From Acanthaster planci (lineage: Eukaryota): a DNA stretch of 64,000 nt. The translations under genes were made by a program, and so were the position numbers. Of this stretch, positions 38,453 through 49,821 are shown in pieces. Below the pieces are notes generated by a model. That model worked only from the letters and a program-made list of their open reading frames with translations. It made no database searches and was not told where the DNA came from. Numbering within the stretch: position 1 is the stretch's first letter; every line of letters starts with the position of its first letter. The stretch is taken from the NCBI RefSeq assembly GCF_001949145.1, contig NW_019091358.1, forward strand, positions 2,242,240 to 2,306,239, written 5' to 3'.

Positions 38453-41040
38453 CTCCACCTGAAATTTAACCTTTAAGTTTCATACCAGGTACTCAAACTG
38501 AATGAGGCAGTATAATGTATACCATCCCTCAAAAGGTCATACAGATCTATAGTGACTTAACCAAGCCCGCACACTGCTTCTAGCAGACAGATTTTGTTCA
38601 TTGGTCTCTCTCATACTGTCCCTTGGCAGTCGTCACACGAACCCCTCAGACGCAGCCATCCTCACTGCGATACACCTCTGTTGCACGACAGAAACGCCAA
38701 TCCACGATGACCAAGGATAAGCTTGTCTGTAAGGAAGCACAAATCTCCCACTTCGAAGTTCCGAGACTGGTTGATAGACCTTTTCCGTACCTGAAGTGTA
38801 GGTAGGTATTCTCTCAGGAATCTGCTCCAGAACTGTTGTACATTGTACTGAGTCTGCCTAAAACGGTTCTGCACCAGAGCATCCCGCTTCTCAAACAGAC
38901 CTGTAGGGCAGGCACTCGCTGGCTCAGGGTTGATAACATTAACTGGCCTCAATGGAAGTAGACCATCAGCACTCTGACTGAGGGCACACGATGGAAAATT
39001 GTTGCACATAAGCTCACTTTCCGCGACTATTGTAGCCTGCTGATCCTCAGCATGTGCCTGTCCCTTCAATACAGTCAGTAGGGCTCGTTGTAGAACCGCC
39101 AAGGATCGCTCGAAAAGGCCATTTCTTGCAGAAGCCTTCGGTACGTTTGACCACCGCACGATTGCTCGTTGCCTCATGAAGTCTCCAACCTTGTTGCTGT
39201 TCCGCACCTTCACCAAGGAATTCATCTCCATAATGTCTGCAGCGAAGTGAGTATCTCGGTAGGTCGGGATTTTCTTGAAATGAAGCGACGTAATTTGCAT
39301 TCAGAAAGCTGGCAGCATCTAGTGATGGGAGGAGCTCAAAGTGCACCGCCTTCACCGACAATGATACAATGCCAAGTACCCAACGTTTGACATTTGATCG
39401 GCCAATGCGGACCATCACAGGACTCATGAAATCTGCTCTGACAACACCCAAGGTAGGCTTCCCTTTCAGGTAGGCTTCCCTGGGGCTGTTCCTACGGCCG
39501 GGCGATCAATCTTTGGGACTCGGTGCATCGTTTTTCCACTCCATATACATCAAATTGGGATTACCAATGGGCCAGAACTTCTCGCACAGAAGGCACAACA
39601 TAGTACGTGGAGCATGGCCGTAGACCACGTGATGCTCTTGGCTTATGATGGTGGTCACGTGGTGGCTCTCCCGAAAAATGATCTGGTGCTCCCTTCCATA
39701 CCTAATGTTTGCCTTGTTCAAGTACCCACTGACTCGTAGCAGCCCCGCTTGATCGATGAAAGGCGGAGTGTTGTTTACTTCTTTATGCTTCATCCTTGGC
39801 CCACCTTTACCAAACCTGGCGATGACATCAGCAAAGCATCAGCACTGGATGTATTTGAGGATTAATTCTTCGCTCTTCCTCATCTCAGCCACTGAAACAC
39901 GATTGGCAACTGCTGACTTCTGAGCAGTGCTCATCCCTTTATTGGCAGTCAGCCAATTCACAAACCTCACCAGCCACGCCACCGCAATTTTCAACTTGTC
40001 CATGATGAATATCTTTTCACCAGCTTCATCACACTTTCATCATCTGCAGTGTCGACGCATACTGATGCTTCCTTTCTGAACTTAGGGAAGTCATTTGGCA
40101 GCTCTTCAACGATTGGAGATCCTGACCAAGCAGATGGCAGTTTCCATATGAATGCTGGTCCTCTGTAGTAACGTTCGTTGTGAACAAACTGCCCCCCGTC
40201 TGTCTGTCACATCTCTACCTTCAGCTAAGGATCTCTCTCATACCATGATCTCTCATGATGTCTTGTACCCTATTTTGTTTTGAGCGTTTGGAAGCGTCTG
40301 GTCTTGTTTTAAAGCATCTGAAGGACGACGGTGCTATCCGTTCACTGGTAACTTGAGTCAAAACCTGCGCAGTCGTGGATTCTTGCTCATCAACCACACT
40401 CTGTGCTCCGACGATCTCCGTTGAGAGTTGGGATTCCGAGCAAATCTCAACCACTTAATCTGTAGACTGCTCATGGGTAGAAGGAAGAGCCTGGTACTCT
40501 GACATCACTGGAAGTGGCGAACCTAGATGGTGATGGCCGACTGATGATTCCCAGAATCTACTCGTGGTGCAAAATTCCTTTAGAGAGCAGTTGCATACAG
40601 TGTGAGAGGGTCTGGCGTGGATACGATCATCTAGGCCTATAGGATCTGGATATGCGATACATTGTTGACAGAAGGATTGGCCTGTTGGTGGGGAGGGATG
40701 TGCCCAGGGCACGTATTCAGCTGGAGTACCGTGAAGGCCAAGATTGGAAGCCAGTTGCATTTAACAACTTATGGGGTTGGAGCCTTCTTGGTGCAAGGTC
40801 ATTGGCCGATGAGTCTCTTGCCATGCCTCTAGATATGCGATGAGCATGTACGTGGTTGGTGGAAAGTTTTGTTCATGAACAATGCACGACAGGCGATAAG
40901 TTCAGTGCAGTGCTAGTGTTAGCAGCACATTCACCATTGCATGTAGCCTTTCAGACAACAACGAAAATACACCTCCGACTCCCCAACGACTATCCTTTGT
41001 TTGTTTTTCTTCTGGGGTTCAGGATTTCCTCTGGGTAGAC
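38453..41040 (-). mobile_element. Degenerate BEL/Pao LTR retrotransposon internal region (gag/protease remnant and integrase; RT/RNase H apparently deleted)
   Basis: Frameshifted minus-strand fragments carry BEL/Pao motifs: 'ERYYRGPAFIW' (~40150-40180), 'PFIDQAGLLRVSG..REHQII', 'RSNVKRWVLGI..VKAVHFELLPSLDAASFL', 'FWSRFLREYLPTLQVRK', and C-terminal 'DGCV*GVRVTTAKG..RPMNKICLL'. A purine-rich tract CAGGTGGAG abuts TGTAAG at 38452. The upstream boundary is approximate. Confidence 0.88.
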
Positions 41041-41215
41041 GTTATTTCCCCACAAAGCACTGTATTACATTTAGGCATTAAGATGTTTACCCCTAATTTT
41101 ATCTGATTGTTAAATGACAGTGGAGTTGGAAGGTTTGAAGCTTGTCAAGCTGTTATAAGAATTACCTGCATATATATTTTGTGTTATTGTGATCATAAGG
41201 TAAATAGGTAGCTAC

Positions 41216-41251
41216 ATTTTGTACACGATAACCCTTTATCGTGTACAAAAT
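41216..41251. repeat. Perfect 16-bp inverted repeat with a 4-nt loop
   Basis: ATTTTGTACACGATAA-CCCT-TTATCGTGTACAAAAT. Confidence 0.9.
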
Positions 41252-44200
41252 CGTGTACACTCACATTAAAAAATATTGCTTGTTAGTTCAAACAACAGTA
41301 TCGTGAATTCTTCCTGTGATAAAATGCACTGTGTATTGTATAACACGTTTCTGGAAAAGTGTAAACATACTTGGTACAATGTTAATTTGGTATTTGATCT
41401 TGTGACACATGAGCGGATAATAACAAAACAAGATAAAGAAAATATAATTAGACAAAATGTAAGTAGATATAAAGGACTCCTAAACCCCAAGCCAAAATTG
41501 TGTCTAAAATAACAATGTGCTTTATTTATGTGTCGGGTACCGTCTGTCCATAAAGGTAATTTATTATTGTAAAGTGTTTGCGGAGTGTCTGGTTGCATTC
41601 ACTACATATCTATACTACCAGTATGGTAAAGTAATTAATGATGACAAAAATTCTGCTACTGCGCTTTAGTTCTAATACAAACAGGTTGAACGTAAGAACA
41701 TAAATTACATGCATGCACCTTCCGCGAAATATCAACTTTATTCCAATGTATCACAATGACATTTTTATCGGCAATAAATTAATGTAAATTGTTGGTTAGA
41801 ACTATGGTGAGAGAAGCCACATTTACAGAAAGTCGTGTGTGTGTTTTTGTGAACTTGAAAACATGATCTGCTGCGCAGAGCAGACAGCACGCCCGAGCTG
41901 CTCCGCCTGAAAAGACCAATTCACCGGACAGACTTAAAATTCCCTGCTACACTAACGCCACCTTGGCAGAAGCCCACCTTGTACCGGATTGATTGCTCAG
42001 AGTGAATGGAAGTCACGAACTGGTGTGGCATCCTGAAGGTTTACATTTGTCGATTACGATGGACAATCTCGAACGACTTATAGTACATGGAAATTCTGTG
42101 GCGGGGGGAGCACCTTACAGGGTACATGGATTCTGAGAGATTGCCAATATAGCGATATGCGCGAATCCAGTGACCATGGTAACGCCATATATGCATCACT
42201 AGTCATTTTGCAGTGGCCCCGCCAAAAGCAAACACATTGTAATAACCATTTGCCTACTGTAGTAGGCACTCCGTGATAATTCCCCCTGTGCACAACTGAA
42301 CAGAATGCTTCCCGCCATCAGAGAGGGCTACAGACAACGTCCAGTGAAAGGTCAATGGACGTCGTCTATGACAAATCAAAGCAATTCGAAACTACCCCAA
42401 GAAAACAGTACAAAGAAAAAAACTTAACTATACGAGTCCCCCATATTAGAGCTCTCCTCTGTTTGTTGGAGTCTCAGTTGTACGAATTTTTTCCCCGTAA
42501 TTGTTGGGTGTACAGGCACGCATTGCCGCATGCCTGCATCTTTGTTCCCTGTATCAGTTAGCAAAAACCGAACAAACCCGATAATTGCCAAGGCTACGAC
42601 CATAATAATTAAAACCTGATTGTTTCAATTGAGATAGCCTTGCATCAGGTTGGCATTGAAAAGGACCTACATCATCAGGCAAGCAACTCTGCTTTTTTTA
42701 ATTTTATTTTAATTCCTACTTGTTTTGCACAGACTAAGGCCTTTTGCTTCAAAACGTACGCATCTGACCAATCCGTAGTCCTTTGATAGCAGCTAATTTG
42801 ATTTTTTAGCATTCGGGGCACGTGGTGTGTCTGGTTGAAGTTGGAGGAATTCGCATATGCAAAACAGTTAACCGTACGTTATTTATACTAAAATCACTGA
42901 ACACATGTTTTAAACATCAGTGAAGACGATAAAACCAAAACAGAGCAGAAACAGAACAAAGAAACTTGTTACGATTTCATATGAAGGAATTTCCAAACAA
43001 TTTGACCAACACTATATCAAATTTATGTGTAGACCCATCTCCGTGGGTGAAAAGCATTAATTTGTCGATTCACTGTCCGGCTTTTAAATGTATAAGCCAA
43101 ATACCTAACGGTGAGTACATTTCCGACCTAAAATATGTTCTTTTGTCGGTTGAAACCTCACCACTGCAAGTCCACATGTAAGTAGGTGATTTCTATGGAA
43201 ATGTGGCAATGCTGTTAAAAAATCAAATGGATTCAGTCGGTTAGGTCTTACAAGGCTGATGTAAGCTAGACAAATACCAAACATGAGGACGTTCATTTTG
43301 AAAGTAGCCAACTATTCTTCTTCTTTTTATCAACCCGATAACTAAATGCAATGTATTTCCAAGAGCACTTTCCTGTGCCAAATATGTGTCAGCCGATATC
43401 ACAAATACGCGCAGGTGCTTAATTGGATGGGTCTGAATATATTAGGGGCCAAATGGCGTTGAACGTGTACCACGTCTCGGCTTTTGCGATATTTTAGGGT
43501 TGATGTCTCGACACATTGGCAAACTCGGACATTTGAGCAGTATGATCATGTCAGGAGCTGGGCTTTAAGCTCGTTCCCAAGATTGTCAAGTCCACACAAC
43601 AAACTGTGTGAATCCTGTTATCTGCGCATTTTCCCCTAACTTTCCCAATATCATACTTTAGTTTTACCGGCAAGGGAACTATACACGGGTAAAGCCCTCA
43701 CATAATTCCAGAAACAAACGTAAGATTGTCAATTTCAACGGAGCTGTATAGTTGATTCTTCAAGTCAAGAAATCGAAACTACTCTGAGAATGTACCTTTC
43801 AGACCATGGTTAGGCCCTTCTCAAGCTGGTTAATCAAGATGAGAGACTTCAGGTTTGAGAGTTGTTTCTGAATCGTATCGTCCCTCACATCCTTGGCAAC
43901 AAGGGTATTTGGATATCGCTCGTTCAACCGCTCAGGTAATATTCCCCTGTCAACTAACCCCGGCGAAGGATTCGGTTTTAAGTCTTCAGTCAATATCTGG
44001 GTCAATCTTTCCAGACGGAATTTTCTTACCTTGTCGTTGGGACAGTGCGCCTAATCCATTCGAACCAGGGTCCCTTGGATGATGAAGGATCTGTTCCTAA
44101 TTCCGTGAGTATATAGACCGTGGCCTTTCATCGAGTCGTCAATTATTCATATTTCAGGTCGATCATGCAAGCCGGTTCTCTGATGCGGCTGTAGCTACTG

Positions 44201-46224
44201 GCATAAAAGTTTCATGCAGAGCGATTTTCTCTACAGTTGTCAGTTTTCGCTCACACCCTAATTGCTTACATGAGCCATTTCGCAACGCATTGATAACGAA
44301 ATGCTAGCCAACGTCGATTCAAGTTATTATAAGGTCAAGGAGGACTTGTAGACCGAAGAGCACGGTTTGTATCTTAACATGGACGTCATTTTGATCAGAT
44401 TTACTTCTGAAATAAGAATGTGTTTTCTCCCAACTCTTGTCAAGCAATTTATAGTCTGTCATGCCAAGATCTGCCAAAAATGGTCCGCAGATGGGCTTGC
44501 GCAGTTTCGCCTGTTATAGGCACCCCCACCACAAAAAAGGTCTGGTACATAAAGATGGGCCTACAGAGTCAACTCCTGATTCAAGCAGGCCTAGAACTGT
44601 ACCTGAGGAAAAACTGTTGTGGAAAGGAATACAGAACATTGTATAATTTGTGCTTTTAAGATATCAGTCATATGTTCACCCACTCTACCCAAATCGCTCA
44701 TGACGCTGATGGTGAGGCTAACCGACGCTTGTGATTTCAGAATCAGAAGTTTTACAAAATTTGCAACATGACCCAAATATGGCAGTGTTATTTTTAATGA
44801 AACCCGCGCTCCAGAGCAGTTGCTTGTCATTTACAGGATTTACATGGCACCATAGGGCGTGGCAGAGAAAATAAGACGCGCATTGCTCTCCTTGTCTGAA
44901 ATCCGACACAGTTGAAAATGGGAAATAAGAAAAAGATCCGATGTTCAAGCAAGGCGGATGGTTTTGTGCACAATCGCTGAGGACAGACCAGTGTCAGTGT
45001 CCAAAATATCGACTTGATCGTGAGCAACAAGTTTGTAATTTGTGTAAAATTACAAAGTTGTCGCAGGTATATGACAGTTACCTATTTCCTTCATATTGGC
45101 ACCAACTCTGGACACTGCTCTTCCTCGAATCGTCCCATCTTCATTAAAAGTGATTAGATCGATATGAACAGCAATACATATTCCAATTAGTCTTGTGCAT
45201 TGTCTTTAATTTGCCAATATCTGTTCTGGTTGAAATGTTTGAAGATTAAAAATTATTTTTCCGTCATTGGTCGACGGACAAGCAGACTGGCTCCTTGGCG
45301 GCAAAAGACCGTGAAATGTAATTACTGAATTCCCTCCGCCATGGGCTATACCAGTATTGCAGTGTTTGGAAAGTGGATGGAAATTATTGCTCCCGTCTTG
45401 AGTAATAAACAAAAACACTTAGTGAGCGGGTGAATCTACGGAGGCAAATGAGGGAATCCATTAGAATTGACACTACGTTTACGGGAGGCGTCTCATATTC
45501 GGCATTGCGACGTTTAATGAAGCTAGGCAATTCCCAATAGACGGGAGTGACCTCAATTACTTGCTTTCTATCGTACTCATAAAGGCTCGAGACAAATTTC
45601 ATATGGAAGTGACTTTCTCTCTAGAAAATGAGAGAGAAAAAGAAGACCTCCTTGTCACTAGCAGTGAATTGACTGTGCGGTCCGTGCCACTGCAGTGTGT
45701 GTTCTACTGCTGCTTTGTATAGTATTCGTGGTAGCTCCTGGTTTCTACTTTATCAGTAAAACTAGTGAAAGCCTAGGGGGAAAACGAAATATGTGCACAT
45801 ATCCCGTTCATTACTCTTTGCAATAAAGCATACGCCGAATATCCATAGCTCTGTCTCAATTTATAGGGCTGCAACGAATGGAGAATTTGAAGGGATAAGT
45901 CTATGCAGGGACGTAAGTGCCCTTTTTTACTCACAACGCATTAGACAATTCATCTTTCTGCTTTGGAGCTTTGTATGAGCAACTTAACATTTAACGAAAT
46001 GCCAGTTCAAAGTGGCATTAGGAGGATCCATTAACTACGAGCAGACAATCGTTCACTTTCTGGGTTCAACTGGATGAGAGGATGTAGAGAAAGCCATTTT
46101 CAATGGACATGAGGCGGGGCGTATCGATTGTTGCCGGGAATTTAATTGGGAAATTAATGAGACCAGAACGTAAGTGTACATCAACAGCCTTGACAGTGCA
46201 AAGAGAAAAGCGGTTGGTACTCAC

Positions 46225-46671
46225 AAATTGCATGTAGTTGATTCCCTTGCACAGTCCCTCGCCAATCGGCATCCCGGCTATGTTTGCTGCGGTGGGAATG
46301 GCACAAATAGCTAGCATGGCCACATCTGTCACGGCCAGGTTGGCGATGAAATAGTTCGTTATGTTCTGCATCTCCCGGTACCGGAAGATGATGTAGAGCA
46401 CCGTGCCGTTGCCGATCAGCCCGATGATGGCGATGATGGCGATGATGGTGGGCACCATGATCCGCACCGTGGTCTCAAAGGCCGCTGGAAAAGAAGCCGG
46501 TGGAGCTGGAGTGGTGGCATTGTCTAGACTGCCGTTGAAGTAGTATCTGGGAGAGCTGTACACGAGTAGGGGAAAATTGGTGTTCGCCATCCGGTCACTA
46601 AAGTTTGTGGGCGCGAATAAATCCACCACTGTGGTAGCAATGTCCGTAACGAAGACCGCAGATTCAGTCAT
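46225..46671 (-). CDS. Kisspeptin-receptor-type class A GPCR, coding exon 1 (N-terminus, TM1, TM2, start of TM3; 149 codons)
   Basis: First ATG in ORF 46066..46740 is at 46671 (MTESAVF...). N-glycosylation sequons NFS, NGS, NAT; TM1 'IIGLIGNGTVLYII'; TM2 'TNYFIANLAVTD'; TM3 'LCKGINYMQF'. Similarity stops at a canonical donor TTT|GTGAGT (intron starts 46224, phase 0). Confidence 0.93.
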
Positions 46672-46879
46672 GATGGGAAGGTCCTTGCAATACTGCAAGA
46701 GAGAGTGAAAAACAAAAGCGGGTACTTTTGGTTTTGACAATCCAAGACGAAAGTGAGGGGTGATGCTGATCAGAAAAATCTTACACTTTATCGAGTGGGG
46801 GACCGTTATGTCGTCTTTACGCCGGGAAAGAACTGTTTCAGTTCGGATTGATAGAGTACTTCTTCCTCACGAGCTTCTT

Positions 46880-47135
46880 TCTAGTATCAATCCGCAGCGC
46901 AGAATGACGCTTCGATCACAAGAGCGATTGATTTTGACCCGCTTGGTAAAGCCCGCCCCCAGTCTTCCCGCCTCTACGTCACTCACACAGCGCCTGCGGG
47001 CAAACAGGGGAAAATGTCATCAACGCCGCAAACTCGCGGTTTCAAAGGGATACGAGTATAGTGCAGGAGAGATCGGTCTGCGCGGCGGGCGAATTACCAA
47101 CAGCCAGGGAGTAATAAGGGAGATCAATTGGTTTG
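46880..47135 (-). promoter_or_regulatory. Candidate GC/CpG-rich proximal promoter of the GPCR
   Basis: Locally CpG-rich. GC box GCCCGCCCCC at 46951-46960, CRE-like TACGTCA at 46975-46981, GC-rich GCGCGGCGGGCG near 47080, CCAAT (ATTGG on +) near 47127; all 200-460 nt upstream of the ATG. Motif evidence only. Confidence 0.45.
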
Positions 47136-47971
47136 GTTGTTTGTCCAGGTTAAACCAAGGCGAAAACGGTAACGTCTCCACATAGTGAATTGAGAAAAGC
47201 ATGTGAACTGCGTCAACCAATTTTTATCTTTCTTTATTTCATTCGGGTCGTAAGACCCCTTGTTTTGAAACCTCAAAACGCAGAAGCTCACAAAACACGG
47301 GAGAAGACCTAGCCCAAAAGATTGTATTTATAACGCCTGCTGACTGGATGAACGTCAAAACAAGATCATTTATAGTATGCATTATAAGCTTTTAGCCAAC
47401 CGCACCGTAGTGAAACCCTTGACAATGCATGTTTTCGCACGTCTACAGCACCAATCTGTCTATCTCTAGGAGACAGGGGAAAAGGAAACCCATGATGTTA
47501 TTAGCTGACACTGCATTAAAACGTACCAATCTGAAGCACCAGTAAATGAATGATTAGACCATAGATCTATGTCGGTATGCCTGTTGGTATTAAAAAGGAA
47601 AACTGGAGTTGCGAAGCAAGATTTATAGAGGTCATATAACTGCTCTACCTGACAAACCGCGACACCAATTGCTTGACGGATGAATAATAGAAAAAGACTT
47701 TGGAGAACAAGGGCTTTGAAATGCATTCAAAGTTTTACTCGCCACTTGACCATCTCCAACAGGGAAACTAAGACGAATACATCGTTACTGGATAAAGACA
47801 TCACTAATTTCTAACTACACACCCAACCGACAATCATTGAGCTCCAACACACACTAGGGTTTCTAGGATGCTGACGATTTTAGGTTTGTGACAACTCATA
47901 ACGTGATAGCACTCGTCGTGACATTTTCTCATGGACATAACGACTGTTAACATGCACTGCAACAACAAGCA

Positions 47972-48214
47972 CAGACGCAGAGATCCAGAGGGGATGGGGG
48001 TCACCCTCCCACTCATCCATGTCACTGCTATTTTGCTTTCAGTGAACTACGTTTAGAGGGTGGAAGACCCCCTAAAACATGCTGTTGGCCATGTAAGGTT
48101 CTTATTTTGTGTGCACGATTAAGGACAAAAGAAAGATAAAAGTTGACCTCACCAATTTGCATGAACAAGAACCCCCCCAACCTCCTTAGCCCAAAAAACC
48201 TGGATCCGCCCCTG
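47972..48214. mobile_element. MITE of the CAGGGGCGGATCCAG type, left TIR decayed
   Basis: Right TIR CTGGATCCGCCCCTG; left CAGACGCAGAGATCCAG; flanks AACAAGCA / AACAACCA. Confidence 0.55.
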
Positions 48215-49775
48215 AACAACCACGACAGCAGAGAAAAGACAACCATTACGATCGGTATACGAACTGTGATGATCATAACCACCGTGCAACTCTGACAGTA
48301 ATTTCGACTCTGACGGCCATTTTGACCAATGGTCACGTTACGTATTACAGTCGCTACACGTGACGTAAAAATGTGTCAAAAGCACTCAAAAGGCATAACA
48401 GTAACATAACTTAAATCTCTTCTTTTAAGAACCCAGCTTACGAAGAGATCTGCATATGACCGTCAATCCCGGGGGGTGAGAGGTATATATCCCGCACACA
48501 CTTTTTGAGATGGGGATGGGCTACTGAATCATCCCCTACACTTTTTTGTGGTGAGCAAAAAAGGTAAATGTATGGTGAACAATTTTTCAGACTTCCAACG
48601 ACTAAAATGCATTCATTATAAGTCAAAAGAAAACAATTTTTTTAAAAGCCATAAATATATCATTCTGAATACTTATTACTGATGCGCATTAATATCATGA
48701 ACATCGAATATCATGACATTTTCATGTCACTCCACCCACTTTTTCCCATTCCTTCCCCTCCCCCTCATTTCCAGCTCAGATTTACGCCACTGTGTCTGCA
48801 CAGTGCTATCGCAGACCTTTGTCTGATTGGTACGTTCACAATGCAAACTTTCAAATCATATTCAACCCTATGCATTTAAAGATGCAATCTTAAAATGCAG
48901 CATTTCTTAACAGTTGCATTTGAAGACAGTGAGAACAACGGCCTAAGTTGTGCATACGGCAGAGACACCGACGGCGTAACACGATTATCTTCTCTTATAT
49001 GAACTGTAAAAGCCGCAGTAATTATCTCTCTGATTAGCGTTTCCCCAATTATACCGAAGCAACAGCTTGGCTTTCTAAGCTGCATCTGGTGCTTGCATAG
49101 AAATAGCTTGCAACCGGTAGCTTTCACTGAAGCAGGCATGAATGGAGGGATTTCTTAAACACCAGATCGCACAGATCCACAAGCAAGCTTTATGTTGGAT
49201 CGGAGCCTCATCTCTTAATTTCACAACCGAATCATGTAGAGTTCAGGGAGAGGGTTTCTGGCGTGGGAGTCTGATAGCGCCACCCCCTTCGGATTCGCCA
49301 ATGCAGCCTGTCGATCGTCACGTTCGAGAGAGCTTGACTTCATTTTTTTCAAATCATTTCCCAGAATATGCTTGGAGCGATGAAATCGTATCCCAGTCTG
49401 ATTCAGTTCACGACTGCATGTCTCAAGCGTGTTTAATTACCTGCTCCACATGCACCAAAAGCTTAAGCATTCAGAGCACCTGTACTCTTTTCCTGCCAAG
49501 TGCAGCCAAATGCACGTTGTTTTAGTAACTTAAAAAAATTCTCCCTATCCTGGCCTAGTGGTAGAAAAACCCTGAAATGCCCAGGAATAATGGCTCTAAT
49601 GAAATCTCCGCCGGTAATTCTTGGTATTGTTTAGGGCAGAATATTCATTTCATCAAGCCAGCATACAATCACCATTCGATGCATTAATTTCTTCCGGGCT
49701 TCTGTGGAGAGAATGACAGGTGTTCGGACGTTGTTGATATTCAGTAATGAACGCAGCCGCGGATTGCAGTGTTCT

Positions 49776-49821
49776 GCAGTAGTCAATTCACTATGTATGC
49801 AGTAGTCAATTCACTATGTAT
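49776..49821. repeat. Perfect 23-bp tandem duplication
   Basis: GCAGTAGTCAATTCACTATGTAT twice. Confidence 0.95.

Larger units (their letters stand above)
30001..46224 (-). other. GPCR intron 1 (16,224 nt, GT-AG, phase 0)
   Basis: Donor GTGAGT at 46224; pyrimidine tract and ACAG acceptor ending at 30001. Confidence 0.9.

Noticed and set aside
43799..44082. 'KPNPSPGLVDRGILPERL' resembling the LINE 'K.PGPDGI..E.L' motif
   Set aside because: A single weak motif with no downstream RT motifs.
46760..47185. 141-aa plus-strand ORF divergent from the GPCR
   Set aside because: GTG start, no domain, and it overlaps the GC-rich promoter region where stop codons are naturally scarce.
49550..49600. A-box-like TGGCCTAGTGG
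   Set aside because: No B box or tRNA structure follows.
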